From: Eledone cirrhosa
Lineage: Eukaryota
Length of the DNA: 64,000 nt
Direction: 5' to 3'
Assembly: GCA_964016885.1 (NCBI GenBank)
Contig: CAXHJY010001202.1
Span: 1-64,000 of the forward strand
Shown here: in pieces, positions 44,768 to 59,637 of the stretch
Numbering within the stretch: position 1 is the first letter of the stretch
How the letters are laid out: each line of letters opens with the position of its first letter
The notes under the pieces: generated by a model
What the model saw: the letters and a program-made list of their open reading frames with translations, nothing else
Told to the model about the DNA's origin: nothing
The model's database searches: none
Position numbers and translations under genes: made by a program

Positions 44768-47164
44768 CTGGTACAAAAAACTAATATTCTATCGGAGGTA
44801 TCTTACTGACCTCTACAAACAAGTTCTTAAGGGAGATAAACTACCGACCCATTGCATGCCAGAACTTGATGTATAAGATGTATACAGCCTGCCTGAACCT
44901 ATTCCTCCAAGATCACTGTGAAAATAATAACATCATCACAGATGAACAAGCAGCTGGAAAGAAAGGGGTTTGGAGATGTGCTGAACAACTCCTAATCAAT
45001 AAAACTGCGATGTCGGAGGTGCGACAACCCAGGAGGAATATGACTACAATCTGGCTGTACTATAGGAAAGCGTTCGATTCTGTTCCCCACTCTTGGGTGA
45101 TAGAGGCCCTCTGACTTGCTAAAGTCCCAGACATTATTGTCAGAGCCGTATAGAGGCTGTCTTCTTCTTGGGCTACTATACTAAGGTTAAAGACAGAGAG
45201 GGAGGACTCTATTTTCACTGATAAAATAAAATATTGCAGGGGTATATTTCAGGGGGACAGCCTCTCTGTGATATTATTCATCTTGTCATTAAACCCCTTG
45301 TCCTTTCTGCTCAAGAAATGTGAGGGATACATCATTGGCTCACAGGAGGACAGAAATAGGAACCTAACCCATAATTTCTTTGTAGACGATCTGAAACTCT
45401 ATGCCAAGAACATGGATGGGATGAAGAAAAATCTTAACCTGGTTACAACGTTCTCAAAGGATATAGGAATGGATTTTGGCCAAGATAAATGCTCATACAT
45501 GACTGTAAAGTGGGGAAAAACAACAACCCAATCTAGCAACATTGTCATCAATGGCCTAACTGTTTCACCGATATCTGATGAGGACTGCTACAGATACCTA
45601 GGGATAGATGAGAACATATCCTATAATGGTATCTGTAATAAAGAACGCGTAACCAGGGAATACTACACCCGATTAAGAAAGATCTGGTCATCGGAACTCT
45701 CTGCGCAAAACAAAACAGTGGCTCACAATGTGTTTGCTGTGCCTGTCCTAACACCAACGTTTGGAATACTCAATTGGACGATAGACGAAATCCGAACAGT
45801 TGATGTTGGAACTCGAAAAATACTAAGCAACACCGGAAACTTCCACATCGACAGTGACATAGACCGCCTTTACTTGAAACGTAAGCAGGGAGGCAGAGGC
45901 CTAACATCAGTCCAGACAACATTTGAATGTCGCATCATATCTCTCCGACAACATCTACGAACCTCGAAGCGTAGGAGCCCGTCTCTCGAGCAAGTCTATC
46001 TGCATGAAACAGATAAGATCATGAGAGTTGGGAAGGAACTCCTCGAGAGATATTCCGTGTGATAATTAAAAGCTCACACCCAGGGAGGTCGCTCAGCAGT
46101 ATCGCAGTGAATCCATGGATGAAAAACTGCATACTTATCAGCAAAAAATCATGCATGGATATGTTGCCAGGAAGCTCCAGAGTGAGAGTAATATAGATAA
46201 GGAAAGTAGTCTATCTTGGACCAACAACCGCTATATTGGCTCCCACTTTGAAGGATACGCTTCTGCAATCCAGGAACAGGAGATTAACACGAAATACCTG
46301 ATTCACAAAAGAGATAGGGATGCAGGCAAAACACCTAGATGTGATAACAAGTGCACATTCTGCAGAACTAACATCGAGGATATCACCCATTTCATCAGCA
46401 GCTGTCCAAAGATGTCATCGCGGTACTATTTACCTATGAGGCATGATGTAGTCGCCAAAACACTGTACAATACAGTTCGTAAAAAAGATAGCCTCGATAA
46501 TAAACACATTAAAAGCTACAGCAATGTAGAAGACATCCATGCACATAATATGAAAGAGTACTGGTGGAATGTTCCAGTAAAAGCCCCAATAAAATGCAGG
46601 CATAACAGACCAGATATTATGATATGGGACAGGGAGAAGAAAACATGCAGAGTAGTGGAAATTAGCTGCCCAGCAGATGCCAATATAATATCAAAGATTA
46701 GTGAAAAGGAGAATAGTTATGCAGAACTGATGAGAAATCTACAGATACTCCACCCTGATTACACGTTCAGATTTATGCCTGTGATTATTGGGGCACTGGG
46801 ATATGTTAGTAACTGCCTCAATACAAATCTTGAGAAGCTAAGCTTCACAGGAACAGAAAGAACTAGTTAGGAAATACAAGTACAATCCATTAATGGAACA
46901 GTAAAAATATGTAAAACGTTCCAAAAAATGTTGCATCTAATAACTGCATATACACATGTACAGATGCAAAGTATATACACATGCACACATACAACTCAAA
47001 ACATACACATCCACACATACAATAACATCCATATCTACACATGCATGCATACATATCTACCTAGTTGATGTTGTGTAAATTCCAATGAGAGAGTCTGGTG
47101 TCTGTTAGAAACCGACTCTCTCTCTCTATTGGTAAAACTTTGTGAAATTATAATACCAGAAAAA
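44768..47164 (+). mobile_element. R4/Dong-clade non-LTR retrotransposon, 5'-truncated, degenerate (RT + CCHC + RLE)
   Basis: EQAAGKKGVW.CAEQLLIN, RKAFDSVPHSW, GIFQGDSLS, FVDDLKLY, YRYLGI, RLYLKRKQGGRGL, CTFC..IEDITHFISSC, RHD, RPDI..WD...VEISCP. (CATA)n on both sides. Confidence 0.93.
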
Positions 47165-47360
47165 CATACATACATACATACATACATACATACATACATA
47201 CATACGTACGTACGTACGTACGTACGTACATACATACATACATACATACATACATACATACATACATACATACATACATACATACATACATACATACATA
47301 CATACATACATACATACATACATACATACATACATACATACATACATACATACATACATA

Positions 47361-47569
47361 GTTTACAAATCCAGTATCCAAGATACACCTTTAGCTTCAT
47401 ACCCATCATTATTGGAGCTACGGGTTATATACCAACCCGCTTGGACCAAAGTATGACTGAACTTGGATATGCAGACAAAAAGCGCAGCTCCCTAATTCAT
47501 AGTCTACAAATGACTGCGATAGCTTGCATCTTCAAAATTTGCAAAACATTCTTGCGATTCAAGGGATGA
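47361..47569 (+). pseudogene. RLE C-terminal fragment of a second, divergent R4-like family
   Basis: LQIQYPRYTFSFIPIIIGATGYI...KICKTFL parallels LQILHPDYTFRFMPVIIGALGYV...KICKTF of the adjacent copy. Starts right after (CATA)n. Confidence 0.8.
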
Positions 47570-47792
47570 CAATTTCTTTTCTTTTACAACCTTGCCACCA
47601 GTTTCCCCCCACTACGCTACCGATTTTGTCTATCACATTTCTACAGTTGAGTAAACTGGAACAACGTGAAATAAAGTGTCTTGATCAAGGATACAACACA
47701 ACCTCGCGCAATCTCACGATTGCAAGCCCAACGCTCTAACACACACACATACATACATACATACATACATACATACATACATACATACATAC

Positions 47793-48202
47793 ATGGTGGC
47801 TGCCAACTCGTTTTCGAGTACGGCCACTACTTTATATCCATGTAGGGGAACCCCTACCGATGCGCTGAACGAGTGTGGCTTTTTAGTCCAGCCAGCGACT
47901 TGAAAACTCTGGTACGAACACTACACTTGTGACAATTACTGACACATAGTGCTGGGCCCATTGTACCCTGTGATGACAAGTGCAGAGAGATCTCCAGATA
48001 TAAAGCAATGCCTGTGCCGTGAAGCTTTTATAGTGAGCAAAGGCACTGCACAAAGCCAGTCCCACTCTCTTAACCAAGATGATATTTACCAAAAAGAAGA
48101 ACAAGTCAACATCATTGGATACCATCAGGGTTGCAGTTGCTATATCAGAGTTTTCCTTCTAGAATTCTGCCTTGACAAAGGCTAAGGGGTCATCTCTCCC
48201 GG
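47793..48202 (-). mobile_element. Non-autonomous RTE-derived retroposon, family A (5'-truncated)
   Basis: RTE-5'UTR-like CTAGxAGAAGGAAAACTCTGA joined to a C2H2 remnant [19 protein letters not shown] and the tail CTCGAAAACGAGTTGGCAGCCACC(ATGT)n. Confidence 0.85.
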
Positions 48203-48205
48203 ATT

Positions 48206-49306
<1,101 letters not shown>

Positions 49307-49715
49307 GGGAGAGATGACCCCTTAGCCTTTGTCAAGGCAGAATTTTAGGAGAAGGAAAACTCTGATATAACACCTGCAACCCTGATGGTATCCAATGATG
49401 TTGACTTGTTCTTCTTTTTGGTAAATATCATCTTGGTTAAGAGAGTGGGACTGGCTTTGTGCAGTGCCTTTGCTCACTATAAAAGCTTCACGGCACAGGC
49501 ATTGCTATATATCTGGAGATCTCTCTGCACTTGTCGTCACATGGTACCATGGGCCCAGCACTATGTGTCAATAATTGTCACAAGTGTAGTGTTTGTACCA
49601 GAGTTTTCAAGTCGCTGGCTGGACTAAAAAGTCACACTCGTTCAGCGCTTCGGTAGGGGTTCTCCTACATGGATATAAAGTAGTGGCCGTACTCGAAAGC
49701 GAGTTGGCAGCCACC

Positions 49716-49717
<2 letters not shown>
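49307..49717 (+). mobile_element. Family A retroposon, opposite orientation
   Basis: Reverse complement of 47793-48200 at high identity. Confidence 0.9.
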
Positions 49718-50531
<814 letters not shown>

Positions 50532-50900
50532 ATGGTGGCTGCCAACTCGTTTTCGAGTACGGCCACTACTTTATATCCATGTAGGAGAACCCTTACCGAT
50601 GCGCTGAACGAGTGTGACTTTTTAGTCCAGCCAGCGACTTGAACACTCTGGTACAAACACTACACCTGTGACAATTGTGAGTTGACATACACACATGTAC
50701 TTTATGCCGAATTAAGAACTGTAGTCCTCTGCATTTCCGGATTTTGACACTCGGGTACTGGTGTTTTCCACTCCACTCTTGCCTCATTTGCTCTTAAGAC
50801 GCACCACCCCATGATAGTGTAAAGATAGTAATCCTTTGCATTTCCCGATTCTGACACATAGCCTTTCTACTTCACTCAATATTTTCCAAATCTTTCAAAC
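50532..50900 (-). mobile_element. Family A-type 3' end (to ~50678) attached to a different upstream sequence, possibly the parent LINE ORF end
   Basis: The zinc-finger and tail match family A; upstream diverges and holds a short duplication CCT.TGCATTTCC.GATT.TGACAC. Confidence 0.65.
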
Positions 50901-51169
50901 TTTGATATTGGTTATAACACACACGCATTTTATTCTATTCTTTTATTATTTTATTTCTTTATCTGTTTCGTACCCCCCCCCCCCCACCACCACCACCACG
51001 TGAAATGCTGGCAGGATAGATGCCAACCCACACGCACAAATTCTTCTAAACATAGCAGCAGCCGAACGAAAGCTGACGTGCCAGCTGACCCCCTAACACC
51101 ATTAACACCATACATACATACATACATACATACATACATACATACATACATACATACATACATACATTA

Positions 51170-51525
51170 TGATGGCTGCAACTTGATTTCAAGTAATGCC
51201 ATCGCATGATACTTAAAAGCGACCATCATGGACGTGGCGTTTTAGTCCTGCTAGAGACTTGCCTATGGCCAGCAATAACATGCATCACAAAAATGTCACA
51301 TATCAAGCGATGCCTGTGCTTGAAGTTTTTTAGGAAAGGCATTGCACGCGGCCAATCCTACTCTCTGAACATCGAATACGTTTGCCCCCAAAAGAACTGG
51401 TCTACATCACTGGATGCAAACGCAGTCGCAGGTTTTATATCAGAGTGACCTTCTGTCGCTCCACACAAAAACCTTTATTGGATGGCCGTTGACTCTCCTG
51501 GTTCCTCCGCCATTTGACGGAGGTC
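51170..51525 (-). mobile_element. Related RTE-derived retroposon, family C
   Basis: KSLAGLKRH remnant, GCCTGTGC.TGAAG...AAAGGCA.TGCAC..GCCAATCC.ACTCTCT body shared with families A and B, (ATGT)n tail. Confidence 0.7.
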
Positions 51526-51532
51526 GTTATTC

Positions 51533-51660
51533 AGTGCTACTGGTAACATGTAACCTAGTTCAACCTGTGCATGGTCGGGTCGTTGGTAACTAAACCGGTA
51601 ACCCCACCAAGTTTGCTAGATGTGGAGTGTGAATTTGGACACCCTGTGGGATGGAAAACA
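51533..51660 (+). mobile_element. Isolated 5' head of the family A/B retroposon
   Basis: GTGCTACTGGTAACATGTA...CAACCTGT..CATGGTCGGGTCGTTGG..ACTAAAC matches the reverse complement of 60105-60230. Confidence 0.75.
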
Positions 51661-51671
51661 TACATACATAT

Positions 51672-52082
51672 ATGGTGGCTGCCAACTCGTTTTCGAGTAC
51701 GGCCACTACTTTATATCCATGTGGGAGAAACCCTACCGATGCGCCGAACGAGTGTGACTTTTTAGTCCAGCCTGCGACATGAAAACTCTGGTACAAACAC
51801 TACACTTGTAACAATTATTGACACAGTGCTGGACCCATGGTACCATGTGATGACAAGTGCAGAGAGATCTCCAGTTATAAAGCAATGTCTGTGCCGTGAA
51901 GCTTTTATAGTGAGCAAAGGCACTGCACAAAGCCAGTCCCACTTTCTTAACCAAGATGATATTTACCAAAAAGAAGAACATGTCAACATCATTGGATACC
52001 ATCAGAGTTGCAGGTGTTATATCAGAGTTTTCCTTCTCCTAGAATTCTGCCTTGACAAAGGCTAAGGGGTCAACTCTCCCGG
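51672..52082 (-). mobile_element. Family A retroposon (5'-truncated)
   Basis: High identity to 47793-48202. Confidence 0.9.
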
Positions 52083-52651
52083 ATGATACATATATACATA
52101 CATATATACATACATAAAAATGTTATCGGTTGTCTATGAGTGTTTCTTTGTGGGTTTTTTGTCTACTTACTTAGAGGCTTGTATCTATGGAGAATAGGTG
52201 TTTCATTAGGGATTTTCGTGGCGCTAGGAGGAGTTTATGAATGTTTATGCATGTATATTTTATTTTATATACTTACAGAATAACAATTACATGAATCTGT
52301 ATATGTGCACATACACACAAGCACACGTGTATATATATATATGTGTGTGTGCATATATGTGTGGGGGAGGGTGTATGTGTCTATGTGTGCGTGTATGTGT
52401 GTACATCGCATTGGACATGTATGTGACGTTCAACTATATCAGTAACTTTATAAGTATCTTGTATATGTTATCTTGTGTAACCTCTGCATAAATGCAAAAG
52501 CCTTGCTAGATGTTGTGATTATGGAACTAAAATGTGCTGGCGTTGCGGAAATGCGCAAAACATAAATTTAATTATGACCTTAACAAGGTTGTCTTAACAT
52601 TTATTTGTATATATATTGATAACCCTGTGATAAACAGGTGAAGCTCTAGAG

Positions 52652-52859
52652 CAGTGGTTCTCAACCTTTTTTTGCCAACGGCACATCTTGGAACAGATTA
52701 AAAAATAGCGGCACACCTGGCTAAATATATATGAAAAATAATATATTTCATATATACTTATTAACTGTTTCATATATAATATTTTTGTTCTTAGTGTGCC
52801 GTTCAAAATTTCGCGGCACACTTAGGAAGATCTCGCGGCACACTGGTTGAGAATCACTG
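52652..52859. mobile_element. hAT (Charlie/Buster-type) MITE
   Basis: TIRs CAGTGGTTCTCAACC / GGTTGAGAATCACTG; perfect 8-bp TSD CTCTAGAG; GCGGCACA-type subterminal motifs. Confidence 0.95.
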
Positions 52860-52902
52860 CTCTAGAGTAACAAGACTCACTATTTAGCCTTAACAGAATG
52901 AA

Positions 52903-53344
<442 letters not shown>

Positions 53345-53440
53345 GAAAGCAAAGAGTTATTTATTTATATTTATTCAAACAGAACATAAAACGATAAGTT
53401 CTTGTTTTGGGATATGTCACTATTTATAAAACAACTTTTG

Positions 53441-53498
53441 TATTTTATCTAAGGGCGTACCAAAATTTTGGTACCCTTGAAATATATATAATAAATTA
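53441..53498 (+). ncRNA. Degenerate long-stem-II hammerhead (core reduced to CTAA)
   Basis: TATTTTAT-CTAA-GGGcGTACC AAAATTTT GGTACcCTT-GAAA-TATATA-TA-ATAAATTA. The downstream 50 nt are homologous to 56900-56945. Confidence 0.65.
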
Positions 53499-53686
53499 AA
53501 TATGGTTTTATAAAGACAATTTCCATTTATTAATAGTATTGGTCCAAAATCATTAGACGTGTCCGTCTAACCTGCGGGTCCAGAATCAGACAGATCCACA
53601 CAATGATCACGTCTCGAGCTGTCCGCCGGCGAAACAATTGTAACACAATGAATTGAGTTCAGATGCATCACTGATTTTTCGTTTTC

Positions 53687-53763
<77 letters not shown>

Positions 53764-54041
53764 TGTTGGTATAGATATATTATTATTATAATGTATTATA
53801 CTGTGTTATATATAATTCCTGCTCTATATAACCAAATTTGTTTAGATTTAAGTTGGTGACTTTGGACTATATTTGTAATATGGTTCTTAATGTTATCTAC
53901 ATCCTTAGTTATTATAATTTTATTATTTTTATCTTCATTTTTATTATCGTATATCTTTGTAAGACATTAGTGTATGTAAACTCCATATTCTTCAGAGTTT
54001 CTGGCTTGTATCTGCCGAAATTACCTCTTGTTGTTTTGATT

Positions 54042-54079
54042 GCCCTGATGAGTCCTTAATAGGACGAAACATTGTCGGC
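54042..54079 (+). ncRNA. Minimal type-I hammerhead ribozyme, canonical core
   Basis: GCC-CUGAUGA-GUCCU-UAAU-AGGAC-GAAAC-AUU-GUC^-GGC, then AATAAA at 54081. Confidence 0.92.
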
Positions 54080-54239
54080 TAATAAAAACTTTTGATGTAT
54101 TAAAGGATTCTTTGTTTTACTCTCTTAATTTTTCGGCTCTGTTTAACTGCATTGAGCTATACCTTTTACTGTCATTTCTATAATACGTAGAGGGTGTTTG
54201 ACTCAAACACGCTCCAGTATTCTAATCCTTATATATATA

Positions 54240-54272
<33 letters not shown>

Positions 54273-54321
54273 ATATCTATATATATATCTATATATATAT
54301 ATATATATCTATATATATATA

Positions 54322-54361
<40 letters not shown>

Positions 54362-54422
54362 TAGATATAGATATATATATATATATCTATATATATCTCT
54401 CTCTATATATATATATATATAT

Positions 54423-54458
<36 letters not shown>

Positions 54459-54622
54459 ATATATATCTATATATATATATATATATAGATTTTGAGTTTA
54501 TGTTGGTTGTATACCAACACCCCAGTGAATTAACAACCCAACAAGGAACTGGGCATATCAGAGTATTGACAATATCATACACCTAAACAACATATGTACT
54601 TGTCTATACCATACTAATTCAA

Positions 54623-54677
54623 ACTGCCTGAAGAGGTCACAGCCAAAGATGGCTGTCACTGAAATATATATAGCAGT
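54623..54677 (+). ncRNA. Type-I hammerhead, long stem II variant, intact
   Basis: ACUGC-CUGAAGA-GGUcACAGCCA-AAGA-UGGCUGUcACU-GAAA-UAUAUA-UA^-GCAGU, then AATAAA. Confidence 0.88.
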
Positions 54678-54722
54678 AATAAACGAAGCTAAATTTTAAT
54701 CATTTGACTTTTATTTAACTTT

Positions 54723-54766
<44 letters not shown>

Positions 54767-54818
54767 TATATAGATATATAGATATATATATCTATATATA
54801 TATATCTATATATATATA

Positions 54819-54867
<49 letters not shown>

Positions 54868-54934
54868 TATGCTCTTGAAAGATGCTTGCTAAACACACAA
54901 GTCGAAACCGCTTGGCGTCTCGGTCGAGTTCATA

Positions 54935-55017
<83 letters not shown>

Positions 55018-55360
55018 TTATATGCACGCATATGTATGTATGTGTACGTGTATGTGTGTATTTGGGATTTTCGGGTATGTTTTAATCAATATTTCATTTG
55101 CCATTATCAATAGATAACATTATATTTTCATTGAAGAAGGAAAAAGAAATTATTTTCCTGAAAGTGATTACATATCTAACAGAGACAAAATCGGCTCCGA
55201 CGTCGATTTTAATGTTTGCCTCGATATTTTCTTCGTTGTTCTGGCAGTAATAAATCCATTCAACTGCTGCAAAAAAGGGAAAACAAGAGATATGTAAAAG
55301 TTATTTTAAAAGAATGTTTTCTTTATATACATATACATATAAACATATATACATATAAAC

Positions 55361-55431
<71 letters not shown>

Positions 55432-55698
55432 GTATATAGTTGATGTTTGCAGTGGAGATGCAAACTTAATATGATCGATTTGCATGGAGAGAGAGAAGGG
55501 GAAGAGAGAGTGAGAAACAGACAAACACAACACGCCAAATACGCGCATACACACTAGCACAAAGTTACACACACACACGCACACATCTATATTGATATAT
55601 ACGAGTATGCGAACAAACTAAAGAAAAGAGCACTCAGTATTGTGTAAAATAATTATGTACATATATATAAATGTGTTAGTGGGGTGAGTGTATGCGTG

Positions 55699-55731
<33 letters not shown>

Positions 55732-55854
55732 ATACGTGTGTGGCACTGTATTTATATAGTACTTAGTTAAATTGGTGCATATGTATGCACGGCTTTTCTA
55801 TAGGCAGATGAAATGATGAACTAATATATGCGACTTAAGAGAAGATGCAAGAAA

Positions 55855-55957
55855 ATAATTGTTTCTACTTTAGGCACAAGGCCAGCAATTTCCCAGAACA
55901 TTACTGGTACTTTATTTTATCGACCCCGTAAGGATGAAAGGCAAAGTTAACCTCGGG
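55855..55957 (-). mobile_element. Main-family SINE, 3' half
   Basis: Shared tail and core. Confidence 0.85.
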
Positions 55958-55980
55958 TATATATGTTTATGCACACGCAC

Positions 55981-56057
<77 letters not shown>

Positions 56058-56089
56058 CACGCGCACATACAAACACACACGCACACATT

Positions 56090-56265
56090 ATTGAGAGATC
56101 ATAGCTCTGATACTATGAGCATGTGGTTAGAATATCTCAGGAAAGAATCGCTGGACAGATTTTAGGGGCGAAACTGGTAGGAAACCCAGGAGGCCCAAGG
56201 GTGGACCCCCGAGCCAGATGTCGTGGTTAGTCACGCTTGGGGATCCTGCTTCTGACAGGACCCGT
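56090..56265 (+). pseudogene. RTE-clade RT 3' fragment (same family as 40609-41350)
   Basis: YYEHVVRISQERIAGQIL.AK...RP. Confidence 0.65.
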
Positions 56266-56642
56266 TTTGTAAAAATAGCTATACTTGTGCACGTGTGTAA
56301 GCATGTGTGTGTGTGTGTGTTATTAAACGTCTGTACGAAGCTAAGAAGAAATGTGTGTGTATATGTGAATAAAAGAGTGTGTATGCTCATGTAAGTAGGA
56401 AGCTATGAGCAAAAGTATGTTAATGTAAGGGTGTGTATGTGTGTATACAGAGCAGTGAAGGGAAAATGGAGTGAGCATATATAGTCGGCCTGTATTAGTT
56501 GTAAGAGAAGATGTTAATGATCAAGAGAAAGCGATAGGAATCTAGGGTGTGATAATGGACGGGGTATTAAAGAAATTGACGTGAACCTAAACATACAGTG
56601 CTCACCTGGGTGAACCTACAGTAACTTCGTTACACTTCCTGG

Positions 56643-56679
<37 letters not shown>

Positions 56680-56763
56680 AAAGTTCTATTTAAATTGTTG
56701 GGATACAACACGCAAATATTTTTATAACTGATATAAAGCACTCAACAAGTATTTGGAGTAAAC

Positions 56764-56946
56764 ATACGATATTAACAAATGGAAACTATATTTATAAAAC
56801 CATATTTATTTTATTATACATATTTCAAGGACACCACGTTAAATTATGGTCTGATGAAAGCATACCATAATTTAACGTGGTGTCCTTGAAATATGTATAA
56901 TAAAATAAATATGATTTTATAAATATAGTTTCCATTTGTTAATATC

Positions 56947-56950
<4 letters not shown>
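56764..56950. repeat. 87-bp-arm inverted repeat with a hammerhead core in the 13-nt loop
   Basis: Arms 56764-56850 / 56864-56950 with one mismatch. The plus strand from 56851 reads CTGATGA-AAGcATACCAT...GTGGTGTcCTT-GAAA-TATGTA-TA. Confidence 0.9.
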
Positions 56951-56989
<39 letters not shown>

Positions 56990-57118
56990 CTTACGTTATA
57001 TGTGCATGCACATATAACGGCTCCCAAGAAGAGCGTTCCCGTTAGAACAAGCATTGGAGTTGCCCTTCCCCTCTAATGCTTCTCTGGAGCTACATTCTAC
57101 CTGTTCGGACTACACATG

Positions 57119-57168
<50 letters not shown>

Positions 57169-57319
57169 TAATAAATACTCAAAAGATTTATTAAATTCAT
57201 AAACAGTTTAATATAAGTGGCAATAAAGAAATGAAAAAAAAAATGAGAAAATAAAAAATAAATTTAGCAACGAACGAAAGGAAATGTGGTGACTCATTGA
57301 CAGACTATGCAGGTATGTT

Positions 57320-57775
57320 TCAGCTATACTCTGCGGGCAAAATGGTGAAGGCATTACCGCAGAGTATGATATGGTCACCTACACTCGCTGCAACAGCCAC
57401 ACTGCCTCAAGACTCTCCTTCCTTTGAACGACATAATAAAAACAGACGTTCGAGGCTGTCGGTTTCCTGTCATGAACTGGAGCATGTTGGTCACAACTGG
57501 GGTGATCATAGGCGTTCGGACAGTATAACCCTTTTTCCGTTCTAGGAAAAAATGAGCTATCTTGGGACACCAAGGATTCTTAAACATTCCTATATGCCAG
57601 CCTTATCACTTCGACCATAAATCCGTGATCTGCGGATAATTCCTTTTTCATCCTTGGACCTCTGACATTCTCCTCTACCAAATAGGGATTAGGAAATTAG
57701 ACCTAAGGAAAGAAGGTAGCGTAGAGGATTCAGCAGATATCGCTGGCTTCTTCACAAGGCTTTTCTCATTGTCTG
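57320..57775 (-). pseudogene. Possible CRE-like retrotransposon remnant
   Basis: 57331-57367 (ILCGNAFTILPA on minus) resembles 12422-12458. The rest is GC-balanced but not confidently assignable. Confidence 0.4.
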
Positions 57776-57777
57776 CA

Positions 57778-57950
57778 GGGCGGTGAATTGGCAGTATCCG
57801 TACAGTGTCAGACATCATGCTTTACAGCATAGTTATGGTCCAAATCCCGCCGAGGTTAACTTTGCCTTTCATCCTTATGGGGTCGATAAAATAAAGTACC
57901 AGTAATGCTATGGGTAATTGCTGACCTTGTGCCAAAAGTAGAAACAATTA
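57778..57950 (+). mobile_element. Main-family SINE
   Basis: GGGCGGTGAATTGGCAGTATC...AAATCCCGCCGAGG...GTAGAAACAATTA. Confidence 0.88.
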
Positions 57951-59637
57951 TGTCTGCAGGGCCTAACTGAGAGTTGTTGAACATGCGTGAAGTGTGTTAG
58001 TTTTTGTCATCTTTAGTTGTTTTTTTTTCTATTTTGCTTTTGTAGTGTACATGCTTTTTTATCATTATCTATTCGTGTGTACCCTTGTAGCCTTAATCAA
58101 GCAGATTTATGATCACAAATATCACAGCCATGACATTTCTGCCTTTTTCCTATATGCAGATAGCCCAGGACTATCTTATCCTATTTGGCTATTTCTAAGA
58201 TTGCGAAGTATGTTTTGGGGGAAATTTGGCTATTAGTTCTAGTGGGTCGAGTGACCACATAGAAGCTCCCACATTGACTCGTTCTAACCCGGTAATCTTC
58301 ATCACTGTGTTAATATATCACATTAGTTAAAAGAGTAAAAGAGTAGTCTCATATTTTCAAACAATATCAAGCTATCCACTTGAATGTTACAGTTTCCAAA
58401 CCATATTAATTGCCATGGTTACTGTGACGTAAAAGCCTACATCACAAATCTTTCTTTCACTCTTTATTTTTATCTCCTATACCTTCCTTAATTCTCTGAT
58501 ACTGTTTATATCTTGTTTTATAGAAGATGACAACGGCAACTGGCTAATGCTTTTAAATTGCCAGCTTAAAGATCAGATCTTTGACGCTTAATATTTCGTT
58601 ATCCTTGCTTCCTGTTTTGTTCTGAATCCCTAATATTTAAAGCTTCATATACAAATCAACAAAGGATAAATTGGAATTTATTGAATACAGTAGATAAGAC
58701 CAATATATATGTAAGCTAATAACGTAAGATATCTAAATTTCGTAGTTGAATTATTGCAATGTATATTTGAATGTTTTTCACTAATATTAGCTTAGTCATG
58801 TCTGTTTTTCGGTCAGTCGAGAAAAATGACAACGAAAATAGATATCAAAATTATGCATTTTATATAAGATACAATGCTCAAAAGACATCATTTTTTCACA
58901 CAAAGAGGCATTAGCGAATGGAATAATTTTCCAGGTCATGTATTAAACACTATAATTGTAAATGATTTTAAAAAATTAATATGAGAGTTATGTGATAAAT
59001 GGAGATATGGAAATCCATTTGATGAGAACTACAAGAGAAGAAATACAAAGTAAAGTGGTTGTTGAATCTCTCTACCTATTTGGTGATATCAAACTGATAT
59101 ACCTCCTCTCTATATAAATATTCCTCTGCATTATGTATAAACTCGAAACCTATATTTTATCAAAAAGTATTATAGTGGTTACGAATGTTGTACTTCGTCG
59201 TATATAAACAGTTCTGAGCAATAGGCTAATTCAGGAAGATATATAGAAAGAGATAATTAAAAAAATTTAAATCTGTCTCACGTTCGAAGGCTCATCAAGC
59301 CGGTGATTATCCCGGTTTCCTTGGTGATTAGTGACTGTGAATACTGCTAGTACTCATTTTCAGCCGAGTATACCGGACCAATGTGAAAGGAAGTGTTTTG
59401 TTCGAGAACACTACGCGGTACTATGTCCAGCAATCGAACCCTTGACATTATGATTATGAATCCAACTCTCTTACCACTAAACCATACGGCTTCACAAAGA
59501 GAATGGAACTAATAATTTAATGTCTTAAACTTAAACACAGAAAATATCATAGTACAGAGGAATGTTATGTAGAAGAGCTATACCAGTTTGCCCGTACATA
59601 CATACATACGTACACACGCAGATGCATACATACATAC

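Noticed and set aside
45575-45600. CTGATGAGGAC (also at ~63336)
   Set aside because: Part of the RT coding sequence (SDED); no stem II or GAAA.
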